Below are positions 59,771 to 64,000 of a stretch of 64,000 bases of DNA, piece by piece (positions within the stretch are counted from its first letter, which is position 1; every line of letters begins with the position of its first letter). The notes under the pieces are model-generated. The model saw only the letters and a list, made by a program, of their open reading frames with translations, made no database searches and had not been told where the DNA came from. The position numbers were made by a program, and so were the translations under genes. The stretch is from Acidobacteriota bacterium. GTDB taxonomy: Bacteria > Acidobacteriota > UBA890 > WLXD01. The stretch covers positions 1-64,000 of the forward strand of contig CBDBHB010000008.1 in NCBI GenBank assembly GCA_965205505.1. The letters are read 5' to 3'.

Positions 59771-61279
59771 ATGTTGTCGAGCGTCAAAGATCCGTCATCG
59801 TCGGCACCTCCGACGAGGCTTACGCGACAGCTGGGGTTGGCCGGCCTCGCCGCCACGGGCATCTGCTCGATGATGGGCGCCGCCATCAACATCGTGCCGC
59901 TGATGGTGCAGCGCAACGTCCCCGGCATCGGGCCGTATGTGCTGCCGGCGTATCTGGTAGCGGTGGTACCGGCGGTGCTGGCTGCCATGGCCTACGCGAT
60001 CCTGGCCTCGGCTATGCCCCGCGCCGGCGGTAGCTACGTTTATGTGAGCCGCTCGTTGAACCCGTACCTCGGCTTTGTCGCGAGCTTTTCGCAGTGGTTC
60101 GGGTTGTGCGTGGCGATCGGCGTGGTCTCGTATGTCCTGGTGCCGTTCCTGCGCGATATCGCCACGACGCTCGAGTACTTCGATCTCGCGGCGCTCATCG
60201 CCGACGGTCCGGGTCGGGTCGTCGTAGCGCTGGCGTTTCTCTGGACCTTCATCGGCGTGAACGTGATCGGACTGCGCCTCTACGAGCGCATCCTCGTGCC
60301 GTTGATGGTCCTCATGTTCCTCGGCGGCGCGGTGGTCATCGTTGCCGGGTTCTCATTCGAGCCGAGCGACTTCGCTGCGGCGGTAGAGGCTCGTGACGGG
60401 GTCAAGATCGCACTCGACGGTACAGCAACGTTTCGCATCTCGACGTTCCTCAGCGCATCGGTGATCCTGTTTTCGAGCTTCATCGGCTTCGACTCGATCG
60501 CGCAGGCTGGCGGCGAGTCCCGCAACCCAGCCCGTGACCTGCCGCTGGCGATCGGAATCGCTGTGTTTTCGGTGGGCGGCTTCTATCTGGCGTTCACCGC
60601 GGCCGTCTATCATGCCATCCCCTGGGCGTATGTCGCCGAACGCGCGCTGGTCGAAGACCTCACCGCTCCCGGCCTGCTCGGCTACCTGCTTTCACCCGGG
60701 TGGACGGTGGCGATCGTGGCGGGGGCAGCGATTGCGCTCATCAACGACCTCCCGGCCATGCTCCTGTCGGTCTCCCGCCTGATGCTCGCTTGGGCGGAAG
60801 ACGGCATCTTTCCGACCTTCGTCAAGCGCATTCACGCCCGGCGGCACACGCCCCATATCGCCATCCTCCTCAGCGGTGCCATGGCCACCGCGGGGGTCGC
60901 GGGGAGTCACCTGGCAGGCGACTTTTTTCTCGGCATCGACATCCTGGTCACGGCAATGTTGGTGAACTTCCTGTTGGTCTGCCTGTCTGTGGTTTGCATC
61001 TCGAGACGCAACCCGGCTCTCGCCGGCGCCATTCGGGTAGCGCGGTCGGGCACCGTACGCACCGCGATCGGCCTCAGCGGAGCGGCGCTACTAAGTCTCT
61101 ACCTGGCCGTACACTTGTGGAAGGACCTGCGCGCTCCGGTCGACGCGTGGTACCTGCGATCGACCTGGATCTGGGTGCTGGTGATGATCGGCGGAAGCTT
61201 GGTGTTCGCCTCGAAGTGGCGCGCCATCGCCGCCGATCCAGCCCGGCGCCGCAAGTTCGAAGACCTACCGCCCGAGTAG
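59771..61279 (+). CDS. APC family amino acid permease
   Basis: AMPRAGGSYVYV, FIGFDSI, GESRNP, SRLMLAWAEDG, TPHIAI. Confidence 0.92.
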   Translation: MLSSVKDPSSSAPPTRLTRQLGLAGLAATGICSMMGAAINIVPLMVQRNVPGIGPYVLPAYLVAVVPAVLAAMAYAILASAMPRAGGSYVYVSRSLNPYLGFVASFSQWFGLCVAIGVVSYVLVPFLRDIATTLEYFDLAALIADGPGRVVVALAFLWTFIGVNVIGLRLYERILVPLMVLMFLGGAVVIVAGFSFEPSDFAAAVEARDGVKIALDGTATFRISTFLSASVILFSSFIGFDSIAQAGGESRNPARDLPLAIGIAVFSVGGFYLAFTAAVYHAIPWAYVAERALVEDLTAPGLLGYLLSPGWTVAIVAGAAIALINDLPAMLLSVSRLMLAWAEDGIFPTFVKRIHARRHTPHIAILLSGAMATAGVAGSHLAGDFFLGIDILVTAMLVNFLLVCLSVVCISRRNPALAGAIRVARSGTVRTAIGLSGAALLSLYLAVHLWKDLRAPVDAWYLRSTWIWVLVMIGGSLVFASKWRAIAADPARRRKFEDLPPE

Positions 61280-61290
61280 GCGATTCCTAG

Positions 61291-61363
61291 TGCCCCCGCC
61301 AGGACTCGAACCTGGGCACCCGGCTTAGGAGGCCGGTGCTCTATCCACCTGAGCTACGAGGGC
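61291..61363 (-). tRNA. tRNA-Arg(CCT), CCA not encoded
   Basis: GCCCTCG-TA-GCTC-AGGTGGATA-GAGC-A-CCGGC-CT[CCT]AA-GCCGG-GTGC-CCAGG-TTCGAGT-CCTGG-CGGGGGC-A. Confidence 0.96.
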
Positions 61364-61609
61364 GAAAGAAGCTATCTGTTGAGGATACCCCCCCTGGTTC
61401 GCTGCAGGCGTCCACTGTTCTTATCTGTTCTCTGCACATCTGTCCGCTGGCTTCGTCGCCGCCGCGACGCTGCGGTCTCGTTGAACGGCACTCGGGCGTG
61501 GTCCAATGCCGCCTGGGAGCCCTGGAAAACCCTCCTTGTCGCGACCCGCCCGCGTTGTTAGTGTGACCGACGGTCCCGTGAGTGATCACAGCCCCAAAGG
61601 GAGAATCTG

Positions 61610-62938
61610 ATGGGAGGAGCGCCATCGTCGCTCTTTGGAGCCCGCGTCGTGATCGGCGTGGTACTGGGATCGCTGTGTCTCGGAGCCCAGTGGACAGCCG
61701 ACAGGCGCGGAAGCGACAACATCGAGGTCGTCGCTCACGTGCCGCTCGGCGGCGACTCGGTCGCCGATATCGAGATCGAACAGGACCTCGACCGTCCCTA
61801 CGCCTACGTCAGCCGCGATGCCTTCGAGGGCGACGAGCGCGGCATGGACATCATCGACGTGCGCGATCCGGCGAACGCCTCGGTGCTCTACCGCTGGCGG
61901 ATTGCCGACTCGGACCTGCACATGGGCGGCGGTCTCGACGTCAAGCTGTTCGAGTGGAACGACCGCCACTACGTGGTGCAGTCGTTTCAATTCCGTCAGG
62001 GCGGGCCTGACGCCGATCTGGGTGCGATCGTCTTCGACGTAACCGACCTGCCAGACACCTCGTCGGTGCGCGAGGTCGGCCGCATTCGCGTCCCCGACCA
62101 CCCGGGCGGCTTTCACAATATCTTCATCTACAAGCACACCAACGGTCGGGTGCTTTTGTTCACGACCGCCAGCGCACCGCACGCGCTGGTGTACGACCTC
62201 GGGTACATCGTCGACGGTGTCGGCGGCGAGGGCGGGGGTGACGCTCTGGTCGCCAGGATTCCGGTGGGCATGCCCGGCGAGAGCGTTCTGCGCGGCTACC
62301 ACGACATGTACGTGGGCTTCCACCCAGACACCGAGCAGGATCGCTTCTACGGCGGCGGAACCGGGGGCTACTACGTATACAACGTCACCGACCTGGAGAA
62401 CCCGACGCTGGAGATCTCGCTGACGGGCATCTCCGGCGTGCAGTTCGGTCACACTTTCACACCGTCGCCTGACGGCCGCTACGTGATCGCCGAGACCGAG
62501 TATCGGTACGCGCCGCTGCGCATCTTCGATCTCCAACCAGCGCTCGATGGGGAGGTCGAGAACATCCGCGAGCCGATCTCCGCCTGGACCGCCGACTGGC
62601 GCCACCTGGTACACAACCACGAGGTGCGCTGGCCGTTCGTCTTCGTTTCCGGCTACGTCGACGGCCTGCAGGTGTTCACGCTCGCCGATCCGCATGATCC
62701 GCAGACCATCGCCTGGTACGACACCTATCTGCCGGAGGTCGGCACCGACAGCTCTCGGATCGTGTGGGGTGCCTTCGGCGTCGACGTGCGCAACGCCGAC
62801 GGGTTGATTGTCGTCTCCGACGCCTACTCCGGGTTCTGGGCCTTCCGCATGGAGGGCTTCAGTGGCTGGAACGGCAACGACTGGGGGGTGCCCGACATCT
62901 CCAGCGTACAGAAGTGGGATCGTGGGCCGGCGCAATGA
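61610..62938 (+). CDS. Secreted LVIVD-repeat beta-propeller protein, paralogue 2
   Basis: Collinear and highly similar to 51067-52416 (GGFHNIF.YKH, GYHDMY, GHTFTP, VHNHEVR). Confidence 0.8.
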   Translation: MGGAPSSLFGARVVIGVVLGSLCLGAQWTADRRGSDNIEVVAHVPLGGDSVADIEIEQDLDRPYAYVSRDAFEGDERGMDIIDVRDPANASVLYRWRIADSDLHMGGGLDVKLFEWNDRHYVVQSFQFRQGGPDADLGAIVFDVTDLPDTSSVREVGRIRVPDHPGGFHNIFIYKHTNGRVLLFTTASAPHALVYDLGYIVDGVGGEGGGDALVARIPVGMPGESVLRGYHDMYVGFHPDTEQDRFYGGGTGGYYVYNVTDLENPTLEISLTGISGVQFGHTFTPSPDGRYVIAETEYRYAPLRIFDLQPALDGEVENIREPISAWTADWRHLVHNHEVRWPFVFVSGYVDGLQVFTLADPHDPQTIAWYDTYLPEVGTDSSRIVWGAFGVDVRNADGLIVVSDAYSGFWAFRMEGFSGWNGNDWGVPDISSVQKWDRGPAQ

Positions 62939-62991
62939 CCGAGCCCGGCTGACCCCACAACCGATGATGGCGGTGGGCTATCCTTCGCGCC

Positions 62992-64000
62992 ATGTCCCGG
63001 GTTCTGATCCTGATCCCCGCCACGACGTATCGAGCCGACGCGCTCTTGGGGGCTGCCGCTCGTCTCGGCGTCGATGTGGTGGTGGGTACGAACCGACAAC
63101 AGGCTCTCGAGTCGATTCCGGGCACGGCGACGCTGACGCTCGACTTTGAAGACCAGGATGCCTCACTGAGGGCGATCACCGCGCGCCACGCCGAGCAGCC
63201 GTTGACCGCAATCCTCGGTCCCGATGATGAGACGGCCTTGTTAGCGGCCACTGCAGCCGCCTATCTCGAACTTGCCGGGAATCCTCCGGCGGCGGTGATC
63301 ACGGCGCGCGACAAGTTTCGACTACGACAGCAGCTCGCCGCATCCAACATACCGGGGCCGGAGTTCTGGAGCGTTACACCCGCCGATATTGAACAACTGG
63401 CACACCAGGTGCCCTATCCATGTGTCGTCAAGCCGACGTTTCTGTCAGCTTCGCGGGGCGTCATTCGGGCCGACTCCCCCGACGAGTTGGTGCGCGCGGC
63501 AGATCGCATCGTCAGACTCTTCGATCAGCCCGACGTGCGTGAACGTGGCCCCGCCGAAGACCGCCGGCTGCTGATCGAGAGCTACCTGCCTGGTGTAGAG
63601 GTAGCTATCGAAGGCTTGCTGGTGGACGGCACCATGCGTCTGCTGGCGATATTCGACAAGCCGGATCCACTCGAGGGGCCGTTCTTCGAGGAGACGCTCT
63701 ACACCACACCTTCGCGGCTACCAGAGCGGGAGCAACGGGCGGCAGTCGACACCACGGAGGCCGCCATTGCCGCGCTTGGGCTCACCCACGGTCCAATCCA
63801 TGCGGAGCTCCGCATACACGAGGGAGCAGCGATGCTGCTCGAAGTAGCGCCGCGAAGTATCGGCGGTCGATGCGGTGCTGTGCTCCGGTTCGGAGCGGAG
63901 ATCAGCCTGGAGGAGCTGGTAATGCGCGCCGCTCTGGGCTACGACGTACACGGGTTGGCACGCGAGAGCTCGGCGGCGGGAGTGATGATGATCCCGATTC
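62992..64000 (+). CDS. ATP-grasp domain protein (partial; frameshift near 63130)
   Basis: Manual translation: ARDKFRLR, YPCVVKPTFLSASRGVIRAD, IESYLPGVEVAIEG, FDKPDPLEGPFFEET, HAELR, EVAPRSIGG. Confidence 0.85.
   Translation, partial: MSRVLILIPATTYRADALLGAAARLGVDVVVGTNRQQALESIPGTATLTLDFEDQDASLRAITARHAEQPLTAILGPDDETALLAATAAAYLELAGNPPAAVITARDKFRLRQQLAASNIPGPEFWSVTPADIEQLAHQVPYPCVVKPTFLSASRGVIRADSPDELVRAADRIVRLFDQPDVRERGPAEDRRLLIESYLPGVEVAIEGLLVDGTMRLLAIFDKPDPLEGPFFEETLYTTPSRLPEREQRAAVDTTEAAIAALGLTHGPIHAELRIHEGAAMLLEVAPRSIGGRCGAVLRFGAEISLEELVMRAALGYDVHGLARESSAAGVMMIPI

Noticed and set aside
61291-61363. tRNA-Arg as the attachment site of an island
   Set aside because: No integrase and no duplicated tRNA 3' end seen in the window.
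1-64000. CRISPR array or cas genes
   Set aside because: No regularly spaced direct repeats; the 33-bp repeats are inverted pairs.

Overview
High-GC bacterial chromosomal segment. Two ADOP-type ABC permeases (one preceded by padR), DUF6644/DUF6152 genes, BlaI, TPR and LVIVD proteins suggest Acidobacteriota (inference). Housekeeping and accessory content: aceEF-lpdA, hflKC, a CpxRA-like two-component system, an ECF sigma/anti-sigma pair, Crp/Fnr, a TonB receptor, a multicopper oxidase operon, acetoacetate-CoA ligase, ALDH7 and tRNA-Arg(CCT). Many genes carry single-base frameshifts and several are deletion remnants. The strongest signals are non-coding. (1) Three ~277-bp ERIC-like cloverleaf elements share an almost invariant 33+101+9+101+33 geometry. 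Their terminal inverted repeats differ in sequence between copies, but each pair is self-complementary. (2) An intact IS1111-group IS110 element sits exactly in the terminus of one of these elements, with a CT core on each side. Its downstream non-coding end contains a bridge/seekRNA-like loop whose guides (AGGUCACU / CUAG) match that target (AGGCCA-CT-AG). (3) An unexplained 77-bp two-hairpin sequence occurs twice, 19 kb apart.
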